Source: Ignavibacteria bacterium
GTDB taxonomy: Bacteria; Bacteroidota; Ignavibacteria; Tepidaquicellales; OLB5
Assembly: GCA_030835025.1 (NCBI GenBank)
Contig: JAUQWS010000024.1
Span: 7,230-71,229, forward strand
DNA length: 64,000 bases
Direction of reading: 5' to 3'
The notes under the pieces are model-generated. The model was not told the origin of the DNA. It saw only the letters and a program-made list of their open reading frames with translations, and did not search any database. How positions within the stretch are numbered: the stretch's first letter is position 1; every line of letters begins with the position of its first letter. Positions 19,966-29,641 of this stretch are shown in pieces. The position numbers were made by a program, and so were the translations under genes.

Positions 19966-20867
19966 TATCAATTTCTGAAATACAGAAAGTTTTCAGAGGC
20001 ACAATAACGCTTAATGTGCCGCTTGCAAGGTATACTACCTTCCGTATCGGCGGCGAGGCAGATTACTTTGTGGAGCCGGTTGATGCAGATGACGTAGTGA
20101 GCATTGTGAAATATGCAAACAGCAAAGGGATCCCGTTTTATGTAATGGGCAACGGGAGCAATATCCTGATAAGCGATGAAGGTATTAAGGGTATTGTGAT
20201 AAATCTCGAGGCTGCTTTCAATTATCTGAAGCAGGAAGGCGGTTCCATCATTTCCGGTGCAGGAGTTAAAATGGCGAAGTTTGTTGATTTCTGCATTCAG
20301 AAAGGATATGCGGGAGTTGAAATGATAGCCGGCATACCTGCAACAATAGGCGGCGCACTTGTTATGAACGCAGGATGCTATGGCGGCGAAACTGCTGACC
20401 ATGTTACGGAAGTGACAGTGGTTAAGAATGAAAAGATACAAAAGCTCAAAAAAGAAGACTGCGGATTCAAATACCGGAGCTCAAACCTGAAGGGCACAGT
20501 TGTTATGGAAGCAAGGTTCGACCTACCGAAGGGGATACCAGAAGAGCTTAACAAAAGACGCAAAGAGTCCATATTGAACAGGAATGAATCTCAGCCTGTT
20601 GAAGTTCCGAATGCGGGATGTGTTTTCAAGAATCCGAAAGATAACAAAGCTGCTATACTGATAGATAAATGCGGATTGAAAGGTGTCAAATACGGCGGTG
20701 CAATGGTTTCAACCAAACACGCTAATTTCATAGTGAATTACGATAATGCGACCGCAAATGACGTGGTAGAGCTCGTGAAGATCATTAAAAGGACCGTTAA
20801 GGAAAAAACCGGCATTGATCTTGAAATGGAAGTCAAGCTTATCGGCTTTGAGGAGGTGACACTATGA
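19962..20867 (+). CDS. murB: UDP-N-acetylenolpyruvoylglucosamine reductase
   Basis: TTFRIGG, GNGSNIL, GIPATIGGALVMNAG, GCVFKNP and KHANFIVN. Confidence 0.98.
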   Translation: MISISEIQKVFRGTITLNVPLARYTTFRIGGEADYFVEPVDADDVVSIVKYANSKGIPFYVMGNGSNILISDEGIKGIVINLEAAFNYLKQEGGSIISGAGVKMAKFVDFCIQKGYAGVEMIAGIPATIGGALVMNAGCYGGETADHVTEVTVVKNEKIQKLKKEDCGFKYRSSNLKGTVVMEARFDLPKGIPEELNKRRKESILNRNESQPVEVPNAGCVFKNPKDNKAAILIDKCGLKGVKYGGAMVSTKHANFIVNYDNATANDVVELVKIIKRTVKEKTGIDLEMEVKLIGFEEVTL

Positions 20868-21691
20868 AGAACTGGAAGCTAATTGTGCTTTTTACCGCAG
20901 TCATAGTCTTCGCATTTTCAAGCGTTGTCATTTCAGGGCTGTGGAAAGATAAGTCAACCATCAGGAGTGTTCAGCTTAGCGGCAGTATAACACTTTCCAA
21001 AGAAGAAATATTTGACTTTGCGAAACTGAATGATTCTTTAATATGCTGCAACTCACTTTCGCTGGAAATGATCGAGGCAAGGATAGCTAAACATCCGAAT
21101 ATCAAAAAAGTAGTTGTTTCAAAAGATGCGGGAATTGTGAAGATCGATATTTCAGAAAAGAACCCGTTTGCCGCGGCAACGAACTCTAAAGAAATATTCC
21201 TCGTTGATGACCAGCTTTCGCTGTACAGCCTCAAGAAAGAGCAGATGAACATTGATCTGCCGGTAGTCAGCGGACTTTCGGAAGAACTTAATACCGGGAC
21301 CTACGGCAAAGATGACCTGAAGCTTTTGAAAATTGCACAGTACATAATAAGCCGGTCGGTAAAATTGAATAAGAGTTTGTACAATTATATTTCCGAAATA
21401 AGCTTTGCTGATTCAAACGGGATAGTCCTTATCACAAGCGATGATGCAACTCCTGTATATTTTGTGGAATATACAGAGCTTCTAAGCAAAGACAAGTACG
21501 AATCAATTTCGGCATTAAGAGATATCAATAACAGGCAGCTAAGAGCGGCAATTGATACCAAGCTTATCCAGCTTGACGGATTTTTAAAACAGGTACGGAT
21601 TTACAGGCCGGTTAATTCTTTTAAGTACATCGATATGCGCTATAACGATATGATAGTGCTTAAAAATAACGATCAGCCAATAGAACAATAA
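20864..21691 (+). CDS. ftsQ: Cell division protein FtsQ
   Basis: N-terminal TM, POTRA-like region and C-terminal YIDMRY; position before ftsA. Confidence 0.88.
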   Translation: MKNWKLIVLFTAVIVFAFSSVVISGLWKDKSTIRSVQLSGSITLSKEEIFDFAKLNDSLICCNSLSLEMIEARIAKHPNIKKVVVSKDAGIVKIDISEKNPFAAATNSKEIFLVDDQLSLYSLKKEQMNIDLPVVSGLSEELNTGTYGKDDLKLLKIAQYIISRSVKLNKSLYNYISEISFADSNGIVLITSDDATPVYFVEYTELLSKDKYESISALRDINNRQLRAAIDTKLIQLDGFLKQVRIYRPVNSFKYIDMRYNDMIVLKNNDQPIEQ

Positions 21692-21723
21692 AATTACACA
21701 TAAAGGCAGAACCAATTAAGGCA

Positions 21724-22983
21724 ATGGCAAAGAAAAATTCTGAAGAAAATATAATAGTAGGTCTGGATGTAGGTACAACTAAGATATGTACGATCGTTTC
21801 TCAGGTGAGAGATGACGGAAGGTTAAACATTCTTGGAGTAGGCAAGGCACCATCTACCGGCTTATCCCGGGGAATGGTCGTGAATCCGGGGAAAACGCTT
21901 GAATCGATCAGGGCATCAGTCAAAGAAGCCGAAGAACGCTCGGGGTTTGACATAAAATCAGTGACAGTAGGTATTGCCGGTCCGCATATCAGATGCATTC
22001 AGTCCGAAGGAATAGTTGCAATTGCTCATCCCGACAGGATAATCACAGAAGAAGATATTGAAAGACTGTTCGAAAGCGCAAAGAGCCTTAAGCTCTCAAA
22101 AGACGAGAAGATAATTGATGTTATTCCGCAGGAATTCATAATTGACAGCAAAGACGGAATATTTGACCTGCCTATCGGAATGTTCGGCTTAAGGATGGAA
22201 GCAAAGGTCAATATTTTAACAGGTCTTGTTTCACAGATCGATGACCTTTCGAATTGTGTGCAAAGCGTAGGAGTTGATATAGACGATATAGTTCTCGAGC
22301 CTCTTGCTTCCTCATATGCGGTGCTTAATGATTCCGAAAAAAAGGTCGGTGTTGCAATGATAGATATCGGCGGAGGAACAACGGATATAGCAGTTTTTAA
22401 AAAGGGCGTGATAAAGCATACTGCGGGTATCGGAATTGCGGGAAGCCAGGTAACAAATGATATCAGCGAAACGCTGGGCATAGATGAAAAAGAAGCTGAA
22501 AGAGTCAAGAAAGAATTCGGCTACGCGCTGATAAGCGAAATTATCAATGATGACGTGATCACCATACAGGGAATCAAAGGAAGAAAGCCGCTGAAGATAG
22601 AAAAAAGCATCATTGCCAGAATAATTCAGGCAAGAATGGAAGAACTGTTCGTGCTTGCAGGGCAGGAGATCAAACGCTCGGGAATTGAAAGCTATCTGCC
22701 CGCAGGTGTTGTGATAACAGGCGGCGGTTCACTCTTAAGGGGAACAAAAGAACTTGCCAACCAGGTGCTGGGAACAGAAGTAAACCTTGGCGTACCTATG
22801 GATATAGGCGGGGGACTCATCAAAGAAGTAGAAAGTCCGATCTATGCAACCGGAATCGGGCTCATACTGCACAGGCTTAAATACCTTAACCAGAAGAAGA
22901 ACAGAAAAGGCCTTAAAGGCAAGCAGCATCCGGGATTGAAGAATGTTTTTGAGAGGATCAAACACTGGTTTGATGAACTCTGA
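21724..22983 (+). CDS. ftsA: Cell division protein FtsA
   Basis: GLDVGTTKI, DIGGGTTD, AERVKK and VITGGGS. Confidence 0.98.
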   Translation: MAKKNSEENIIVGLDVGTTKICTIVSQVRDDGRLNILGVGKAPSTGLSRGMVVNPGKTLESIRASVKEAEERSGFDIKSVTVGIAGPHIRCIQSEGIVAIAHPDRIITEEDIERLFESAKSLKLSKDEKIIDVIPQEFIIDSKDGIFDLPIGMFGLRMEAKVNILTGLVSQIDDLSNCVQSVGVDIDDIVLEPLASSYAVLNDSEKKVGVAMIDIGGGTTDIAVFKKGVIKHTAGIGIAGSQVTNDISETLGIDEKEAERVKKEFGYALISEIINDDVITIQGIKGRKPLKIEKSIIARIIQARMEELFVLAGQEIKRSGIESYLPAGVVITGGGSLLRGTKELANQVLGTEVNLGVPMDIGGGLIKEVESPIYATGIGLILHRLKYLNQKKNRKGLKGKQHPGLKNVFERIKHWFDEL

Positions 22984-23083
22984 AAAAGTATAACGGGGAT
23001 CAAAAAAATGAATATTGAGAAAAGCATAATTAATAACTTAAACCACATTTCTTTCTAAAGGGGAAGAGAAGGAGAAAAAGAAA

Positions 23084-24337
23084 ATGGCAATTTCACTTGT
23101 TACTGATGCAACTTACGGGGCAAAGATCAAAGTCATCGGTGTTGGAGGCGCCGGAGGCAATGCTATTAACAACATGATCGAAAAAGGTCTGGATAGCGTT
23201 GACTTTATCGCACTCAACACAGATATACAGGATCTTGAAAGAAGCAAAGCCGAAATCAAGATACAGATCGGCCGCAACACAACGTTGGGTCTTGGTGCCG
23301 GAATGGATGAAACAAAAGGCGCTAAGGCAGTAGAGGAGAACAGGGAAGAAATCGAGCAGGTTGTTAGAGGCTGCGATATGGTGTTCATAACTGCCGGAAT
23401 GGGCGGCGGAACTGGTACCGGCGGCGGACCCGCAGTTGCAAGGATCGCAAAGGCAACCGGTGCGCTGGTTGTTGGTATAGTTACCAAGCCGTTTGATTTT
23501 GAAGGCGAAGACAGGCTCCGCATTGCAGAAGAAGGGCTCAAGAGGTTCAAGCAGGAAGTTGATTCCTGCATCGTGATCCCGAACGAAAGGCTGCTTACGG
23601 TATTAGGCGAGGAAGTTACACTTGATAACAGCTTCAGGAAAGTTGATGACGTGCTTTATAACGCTACGCGCGGAATATCGGATATCATCACCAAAAAAGG
23701 CAAGGTCAATGTTGACTTTGCCGATGTGAAGACAATAATGCGCGATATGGGCGATGCATTAATGGGTATCGGCTATGCAAAAGGAGAGAACAAAGCGCTC
23801 AGGGCAACCCAGGAAGCGATCGATAATCCTCTGCTTGAGGGTGTTTCAATAGCCGGTTCAAAATCAATACTGCTAAATATCATCGCAGATCCCAACTTCA
23901 GGATATCAGACCTTAAGAGCATGACCGAGCTTATCAAACAGGCTGCAGGTTGCAATTACGGAAAGCTTATCTGGGGCGTTGTTTCCGATGAAAGGATGGA
24001 GGACGAAGTTATTGTTACCATCATAGCAACGGGATTTTCGAGCGTTCAGCAGAAACAGTCAAAAAGCTATCCCGAAAAAGAGGAAGTAAGGTCAAAGAAC
24101 CTGCTTCTTGATTTTGAAAATGACGGGAATGTTGTAAGGATCCCAAGCACTCAGCAGGAACTGCAGAATTATGATATTCCGGCAGTGCAGAGGAATAAGC
24201 TTTTGAGTGATGAAGATATCAAGAAGATCAGAAAAAGAAATGAAGAGCTTGATATGGAAGACTTCGATTTCAATTCGGATGACTTTAAGATAACCAACGA
24301 TGATAAACCCGCTTTCTTAAGAAGGCAAATGGATTAA
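23084..24337 (+). CDS. ftsZ: Cell division protein FtsZ
   Basis: GVGGAGGNA, GGGTGTG, NVDFADV and C-terminal PAFLRRQMD. Confidence 0.99.
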   Translation: MAISLVTDATYGAKIKVIGVGGAGGNAINNMIEKGLDSVDFIALNTDIQDLERSKAEIKIQIGRNTTLGLGAGMDETKGAKAVEENREEIEQVVRGCDMVFITAGMGGGTGTGGGPAVARIAKATGALVVGIVTKPFDFEGEDRLRIAEEGLKRFKQEVDSCIVIPNERLLTVLGEEVTLDNSFRKVDDVLYNATRGISDIITKKGKVNVDFADVKTIMRDMGDALMGIGYAKGENKALRATQEAIDNPLLEGVSIAGSKSILLNIIADPNFRISDLKSMTELIKQAAGCNYGKLIWGVVSDERMEDEVIVTIIATGFSSVQQKQSKSYPEKEEVRSKNLLLDFENDGNVVRIPSTQQELQNYDIPAVQRNKLLSDEDIKKIRKRNEELDMEDFDFNSDDFKITNDDKPAFLRRQMD

Positions 24338-24416
24338 TTGATTAAAAGATCTGTAAGATTAGAAGATTGAAAATTAACAGAATTATTAATAAAAATTGTT
24401 GTCCCACTACTGACAA

Positions 24417-24560
24417 TATGATGATAACAAGTTCTATAGATGACGTCACGAAGCTGGCCTGCAGAAGGCAGGCGATACGGTTACACGCGGCTTGTCAATA
24501 CGGTTGCGGCCTGGCTTCGTACCGGTGGTGTTTGCCGGGTCTTTTAGAGCTTTCATCATA
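24417..24560 (+). ncRNA. Candidate structured RNA (long interrupted hairpin) downstream of ftsZ
   Basis: Nested pairings: TATGATGA/TCATCATA, AAGTTCTA/TAGAGCTT, ACGAAGCT/GGCTTCGT, GGCC/GGCC and GGCAGGC/GCTTGTC. G-U pairs work on the + strand. GC-rich relative to its flanks. Confidence 0.55.
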
Positions 24561-24606
24561 AGATTTACACCTCGTCTTTTTCCCCAAAAAGCCTCCTCCA
24601 TAACCC

Positions 24607-24642
24607 GAGGGGTTCTGACCAAACAGAACCCCTCACTTTTTT
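24607..24642 (+). terminator. Rho-independent terminator ending the dcw transcript/ncRNA
   Basis: Perfect 11-bp stem GAGGGGTTCTG-accaaa-CAGAACCCCTC followed by ACTTTTTT. Confidence 0.85.
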
Positions 24643-24663
24643 CAGTACAGCCCTTTCATTGAC

Positions 24664-25704
24664 TTATTGCAGAATGTCCTGAACTTCCCATAGAAGCACC
24701 TTTTCGTTTGAGCCGCCTGCAGCAAGATACTTTCCGTCAGGCGAAAACTTCACTGTAATAACATCCGCATTAAAGCCATCCAGTGTCTTCATAAGCCGGG
24801 TAGTCTTCACGTCCCAAATCTTGACTGTTTCATCATCGCTTGAGGAGGCAACGTATTTGCCATCGGGAGAAAATGCCGTTGAATTTACATCGTTTGTGTG
24901 GCCTTTTAGGGTAAGTATCGTGCTGCCGGAGCTTATGTTCCACAATTTAACTGTCTCATCCTTGCTTGCGCTTGCAAGGTAATTCCCGTCAGGTGAAAAC
25001 GTAACAAAGAAAACTCGTTTGGAGTGGCCTTTATAGGGAGGTGCAAACTTCTTGTATTCAAAGCTGTAAATCGGAATGTTCTTTCCCAGGCTGCCGCTTG
25101 CAATGTAGGTACCTGAAGGGTTGAATTCACAATTGAAATAATCAAAACGGTATGATTCAAAATAATCGCTGCCAAAAAGCTCGCTTGTGAAATCACTTGC
25201 CCTTGCAAGCCGCAGCGTTTTTAGTTTTTCATATTTCACCGTTTCATAAATATCAACGGAGTAGCTTACTCTTATGCCCTTATCCCTGTCTTTGGAGGAG
25301 GGTTCGGTGAGGTAAGTTACGGCAAGCTTATCGCCCTGAGGTGAAAACACAGCATAGTAAATATTGGCATCCTTGCTGAAATTCTTAACAATCTCTTTTG
25401 TTGCGGATTTCATAATAGTCACATATCCGTCAAATGTTGTGTAAACAAAAAGTCCGGCACTTTCGGATGAATAGTTCACGCTGGTGATGTTTGTATTTAT
25501 GTTCAGTGAATACGTCTTATTACCGGTTTCGGGATCCCAGAACACGAGATTGCCTGATTCATCCCCCGAGGCAATGGTTTTTGAATCAGGTGAAAAGGCA
25601 ATTGAGTTTACATTCCCTTTATTACCGTAAAGAGTCTTAGAGTTTTGTGCAAGTACACCTATTGAAGTAAAAAAGCAAAACAGAATAAATACAGTAATTT
25701 TCAT
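24664..25704 (-). CDS. Exported WD40-repeat beta-propeller protein
   Basis: Signal peptide; repeats of the form GH...V..FSPDG.YLASAS.DETVKLW. Confidence 0.93.
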   Translation of the reverse strand: MKITVFILFCFFTSIGVLAQNSKTLYGNKGNVNSIAFSPDSKTIASGDESGNLVFWDPETGNKTYSLNINTNITSVNYSSESAGLFVYTTFDGYVTIMKSATKEIVKNFSKDANIYYAVFSPQGDKLAVTYLTEPSSKDRDKGIRVSYSVDIYETVKYEKLKTLRLARASDFTSELFGSDYFESYRFDYFNCEFNPSGTYIASGSLGKNIPIYSFEYKKFAPPYKGHSKRVFFVTFSPDGNYLASASKDETVKLWNISSGSTILTLKGHTNDVNSTAFSPDGKYVASSSDDETVKIWDVKTTRLMKTLDGFNADVITVKFSPDGKYLAAGGSNEKVLLWEVQDILQ

Positions 25705-25789
25705 TATCTGCCGGATTAATTAGCTGAATTATGCTAATATAATTAACAACAAAATCACAATAAAGTTTTCAGGGGCTGTCATAAGGAAT

Positions 25790-25817
25790 AAAAAAAAGGG
25801 CTTACATTTGTAAGCCC
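25790..25817 (-). terminator. Rho-independent terminator
   Basis: GGGCTTACA/TGTAAGCCC inverted repeat; the A8 run gives a U-tract on the - strand. Confidence 0.8.
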
Positions 25818-25885
25818 CGGTTCATCTGCTAATTAGTAGGGAATACTATCAGCTATGCTGTTATAGCAGAAAAAATCTTATTACA

Positions 25886-26503
25886 TTACTGCTGGTATGT
25901 ATATGTATACTTTGTTACATAATGATCTTTGCCGACGAAACAATCTACAACCAGCTGGCAGTTTCTTGAGTCATCAAAGAGGAACTTAGGCGCATAGAAG
26001 AAGCCTTTTTTAACCTCGTTTGAATACTGCTTGTTATCCTTATTGACTTTCAGTATTTCAATCGAATTCGGTTCCATGTTTATCAGGTCAGCGCCTTCTC
26101 TTGCGAAAAACATCTTTATTCCGCTTGCAACTTTTGCAGTAGTGCTGTATTCTATGTTTGTGTAGATTGCCTCAAGGTTCATGTAAGCACCGGGCTGCAT
26201 TGTTTTGGGAGGAGCCTGCCACCGGTATCCTGCACTTACTGTGTGGATGATCTCGATGACATCTTTCCATGAGTAAACAGCAACTATATCACTGTTCTCG
26301 GTTTCCCACTTTGTTATGTTCTGCTTATTTACGATCTTGGTTTCAGCACCGGCCAGTACCCACGTTCCGCCGATAAGTTCTTCAGCAGGTGTACCTGCAC
26401 CCTCGGTTGTGGTTGTTGTTTCGTTGTTTACTGATACATCCTGCGAATAGACTCCCGTAATTGCCAAAGACGCAAACAGTAAAATCGTAATGAGTTTCTT
26501 CAT
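25886..26503 (-). CDS. Hypothetical exported protein
   Basis: Signal peptide MKKLITILLF...YSQ, Thr-rich linker, beta-rich body; no family recognised. Confidence 0.75.
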   Translation of the reverse strand: MKKLITILLFASLAITGVYSQDVSVNNETTTTTEGAGTPAEELIGGTWVLAGAETKIVNKQNITKWETENSDIVAVYSWKDVIEIIHTVSAGYRWQAPPKTMQPGAYMNLEAIYTNIEYSTTAKVASGIKMFFAREGADLINMEPNSIEILKVNKDNKQYSNEVKKGFFYAPKFLFDDSRNCQLVVDCFVGKDHYVTKYTYTYQQ

Positions 26504-26697
26504 AATATTCTTTCCCCTAGCTCTAATATATAGCCTGTTTTAGTTACTTGCTCTTAGGCTATTTCGTTAGATTCTGGTTAATCTAACTACTACAAATATG
26601 GTAGAGTCCCTAGCTTGTATCAATACACCTTAATAGGGATATTCCCCAACCCAATCTGTAATTACCATTTCCCGTTATTTTTTGCTATATTTGAGGA

Positions 26698-28140
26698 GTG
26701 GAAGCCGAAAACTACAAATTTCACGGTATGATAATGGGTGCCAAAATGGTGCTAATTTTGGCCTTTTTAGTTTGCGGATGCGCCAATCAGCAGCCTCCGG
26801 GCGGGGGTGAGGAAGATAAGTCACCGCCGAAGGTGAAAATTATCTCGCCAAAGCAAAACGCTACCAATTTCCGCGGCAATACCATTGCCTTCGAATTCAG
26901 CGAATACGTAGACCGGCGGAGCTTTCAGGATGCTTTCAGGATCTCTCCCCGGATTGAGGGCGATATTGAATATAACTGGGGAGGCAAGGATGTTGAAGTG
27001 AGCTTCCCGCAGAACCTGGAGAAGCTTGATGCCAACAAGACATTTGTTGTGAATATCAGCACATCTTTAAAGGATATTCACGGAAATGCAATTGCCGAAG
27101 CCATTAGCCTCGCATTTTCTACCGGAACCAAAATAGATAAGGCTGAAATACACGGAAAAGCGTTTAACAACAATGAAAAGGTAACTGCCGTTCTTGCATA
27201 TAATATTGAAAGTACATCCGGATTTGACCCGACTAAAAATCTCCCCGATTACCTCACGGAATCAGGCTCAGCGGGTGACTTTGTTCTGACGAACTTAGCC
27301 CCGGGGAATTACAGGCTGCTTGCTATAGTTGATGATGACCGCAATCTGCTTTTTACCAGCGAACGCGAGAGTTACGGAGTATTGCCCTATGATGTTCTTG
27401 TAACAGACTCCGCAGTTATCAGCAATATTAACTTTTACATGAAAGAAATCACCCAAACGGGAACTACCGGCCCTGAGCTTGACTATACAAAGTATTCCAA
27501 GGATTCCCTTGGCATCGTATACACATCAATTGAAAGTGATTCGCGTGTTGTGCTTCCTGAGCAGAGCATATTCATTTTCTTTAACCGCTATAAACCAACA
27601 AGAGACGAGCTTGTGAATTCACTTAAAATAACCGATGAGGCGGGAAGTACGGAAAGAGTTGTATTTAACTGGCGGAATGACTCGCTGGTTGAGGTTTTTC
27701 CCCAGGGCAAGTTTGCCTCAAACCGAAGTTATGCGCTTTCATTTGACCTGAAGACAGTTAAAGATTCCGTTTACAGGTTCACACTGCCGTTCAGGACTGT
27801 GAGCGCAAACTCATTCGGCGAGCTGAAGGGAACGGTTTATTCTTTCTACAATGACTATCCGCTTGTGGACTATCCCGTCAGGATAGAGCTTGTTGCGCCG
27901 GCTATGATTCCATTATTAAAATATTCATACGAAGTGCGGGATACTGTTTTTGCATTTAAAAATATCCTTGAGGCGGAGTACAGTCTTTTCTCGTACGTTG
28001 ATATTAACATTAATTCCGCCTATGATTACGGATACCCGTTCCCTTTTGAGCACAGCGAGCCGTTTTTTATCTATCCCCAAAAGCTTAACATCCGCGGCGG
28101 GTGGACGGTGGAGAATGTGAAGGTTAGTTTTGTTAAATAA
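26698..28140 (+). CDS. Lipoprotein with Ig-like (Big_5/SbsA-like) domains
   Basis: Lipobox-like CGCANQQPPGGGEEDKSPP, then FEFSEYV and FSTG..ID, typical of FCB Ig-like lipoproteins. The true start may be a downstream ATG. Confidence 0.85.
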   Translation: MEAENYKFHGMIMGAKMVLILAFLVCGCANQQPPGGGEEDKSPPKVKIISPKQNATNFRGNTIAFEFSEYVDRRSFQDAFRISPRIEGDIEYNWGGKDVEVSFPQNLEKLDANKTFVVNISTSLKDIHGNAIAEAISLAFSTGTKIDKAEIHGKAFNNNEKVTAVLAYNIESTSGFDPTKNLPDYLTESGSAGDFVLTNLAPGNYRLLAIVDDDRNLLFTSERESYGVLPYDVLVTDSAVISNINFYMKEITQTGTTGPELDYTKYSKDSLGIVYTSIESDSRVVLPEQSIFIFFNRYKPTRDELVNSLKITDEAGSTERVVFNWRNDSLVEVFPQGKFASNRSYALSFDLKTVKDSVYRFTLPFRTVSANSFGELKGTVYSFYNDYPLVDYPVRIELVAPAMIPLLKYSYEVRDTVFAFKNILEAEYSLFSYVDININSAYDYGYPFPFEHSEPFFIYPQKLNIRGGWTVENVKVSFVK

Positions 28141-28167
28141 AAAGTAAAAAGTAAAAAGGTAAAAAGG
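28138..28167 (+). repeat. Short tandem repeat (TAAAAAG/TAAAAAGG)
   Basis: taaaaag taaaaag taaaaagg taaaaagg, starting at the stop codon. Confidence 0.7.
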
Positions 28168-28291
28168 ATCTTGAAATTCCCCCTTTGTTGGTGTTATCAC
28201 CAACAACTACCTTTCAAACAGGCATTACTTAATAAATTGAATGAAAACCCTTTTTTCCCTAACTTTGTGATTCGCTCAAAAAACGCAGAAT

Positions 28292-29641
28292 TTGAAGAAA
28301 GTTTTAGTCATTTCGTATTATTTTCCCCCTATGGGTATGGGCGGTGTGCAGCGTACAGCCAAGTTCGCAAAGTACCTGCACCTGTACGGCTGGCAGCCTT
28401 ATGTATTGACGGTCACTCCCAAGCTTTACCTCGCAAGCGATTTGTGCCTGCTGAGTGAGGTTGAAAAAGCGGGAGTGAGGGTGTACAGAACCGGCGGCAG
28501 TGAATCAAACGGAAATTCGCATAAAGTCGTAAAGTTCAAGCATGATTCAAACAGGAAATTCCTGAGCAATCTTTCACAGACTTTCTTAATTCCTGATTCA
28601 AAAATATTCTGGAAATCAAAAGCCGTGGAGCTGGGCAGCAGGATAATTCAGGATGAGGGTATTGAGCTTATCTATGCAACTGCTCCGCCTTATACTGATT
28701 TCCTTGCAGCGTGTGAGCTGAAAAAAAAGTTCGGGCTTCCGCTTGTGCTTGATTACCGCGATTCATGGATAGACTGCCCCAATAATTATTACCCAACTCC
28801 CCTGCACAAGAGCAGGCACAGTAAAATGGAAACAGAAGTGCTCAAAAGCGCTGATAAGATAATTACAATAAATGACCGGATAAAGGAATTGATACATCTT
28901 CGCTACCCGTTTGTGAAGGATGAAGATGTAAAGGTTGTACCGCAGGGCTTTGACCCGGAAGACTTCGAACCACAGATATCACAGATTACGCAGATTGGAT
29001 CACAGATTTCGCAGATTGAACCAATGATTAATCAGATTACTCAGAAGGAAAACAAGAAATTCAGGTTAACTTACTCAGGGAGTTTTTTGAATTATTACAC
29101 ACCGAAACATTTTCTGGACGGACTTAAGCTGGCATTTGATAAGAGACCTGAGCTGAAGGATAAAATAGAAGCATGTTTTGTCGGTACCTTCCCAAACGAG
29201 TATAGTGAGTATATTAAAAAGCTTGGAATTGAGGGTGCAGTTAACATTGCAGGGTATGTTGAGCATTCTGTTTGCGCAAAGTATTTGGCGGAGTCTGACG
29301 TGTTATGGATGATGATAAATAAGACTGAGCGAAGCGACCTGCACTCAACCGGCAAGCTGTATGAGTACTTCGGGGCGGGCAAGCCGATACTGGCATGTGT
29401 GCCCGAAGGTGTTGCACGGAAATCACTGGAAAGCTACGGCGCAGTCATTATAACAGAACCGGGCGACGTGAATGCAATTGCTGCGGCAATACTGGAGTTT
29501 TATGATAAGTTTGAAAAGGGAGTAATGCCGGTTCCAAACCCTGAGGTAAAAAATATGTATGACAGGAGACTCCTCGCCGGAAAACTGGCAGAAGTTCTGG
29601 ACGGTGTGTTGGTGCATTCAGCTGAAGGAGCAAAAGTATAA
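28292..29641 (+). CDS. Glycosyltransferase family 4 protein
   Basis: KKVLVISYYFPP...GGVQR, DYRDSW, YSGSF and GKLYEYFGAGKPIL; carries an in-frame repeat insertion. Confidence 0.92.
   Translation: MKKVLVISYYFPPMGMGGVQRTAKFAKYLHLYGWQPYVLTVTPKLYLASDLCLLSEVEKAGVRVYRTGGSESNGNSHKVVKFKHDSNRKFLSNLSQTFLIPDSKIFWKSKAVELGSRIIQDEGIELIYATAPPYTDFLAACELKKKFGLPLVLDYRDSWIDCPNNYYPTPLHKSRHSKMETEVLKSADKIITINDRIKELIHLRYPFVKDEDVKVVPQGFDPEDFEPQISQITQIGSQISQIEPMINQITQKENKKFRLTYSGSFLNYYTPKHFLDGLKLAFDKRPELKDKIEACFVGTFPNEYSEYIKKLGIEGAVNIAGYVEHSVCAKYLAESDVLWMMINKTERSDLHSTGKLYEYFGAGKPILACVPEGVARKSLESYGAVIITEPGDVNAIAAAILEFYDKFEKGVMPVPNPEVKNMYDRRLLAGKLAEVLDGVLVHSAEGAKV
28971..29045 (+). repeat. CAGATT-type 9-bp-period repeat array inside the GT4 gene
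   Basis: cacagatatcacagattacgcagattggatcacagatttcgcagatt...atcagattactcaga encodes the low-complexity segment PQISQITQIGSQISQIEPMINQITQ. Confidence 0.75.

Noticed and set aside
19962-21691. Absence of ddl from the dcw cluster
   Set aside because: Common in FCB lineages, where ddl is usually encoded elsewhere.
24367-24561. 64-aa ORF after ftsZ
   Set aside because: TTG start and no protein-like features; the sequence is better explained by RNA secondary structure.
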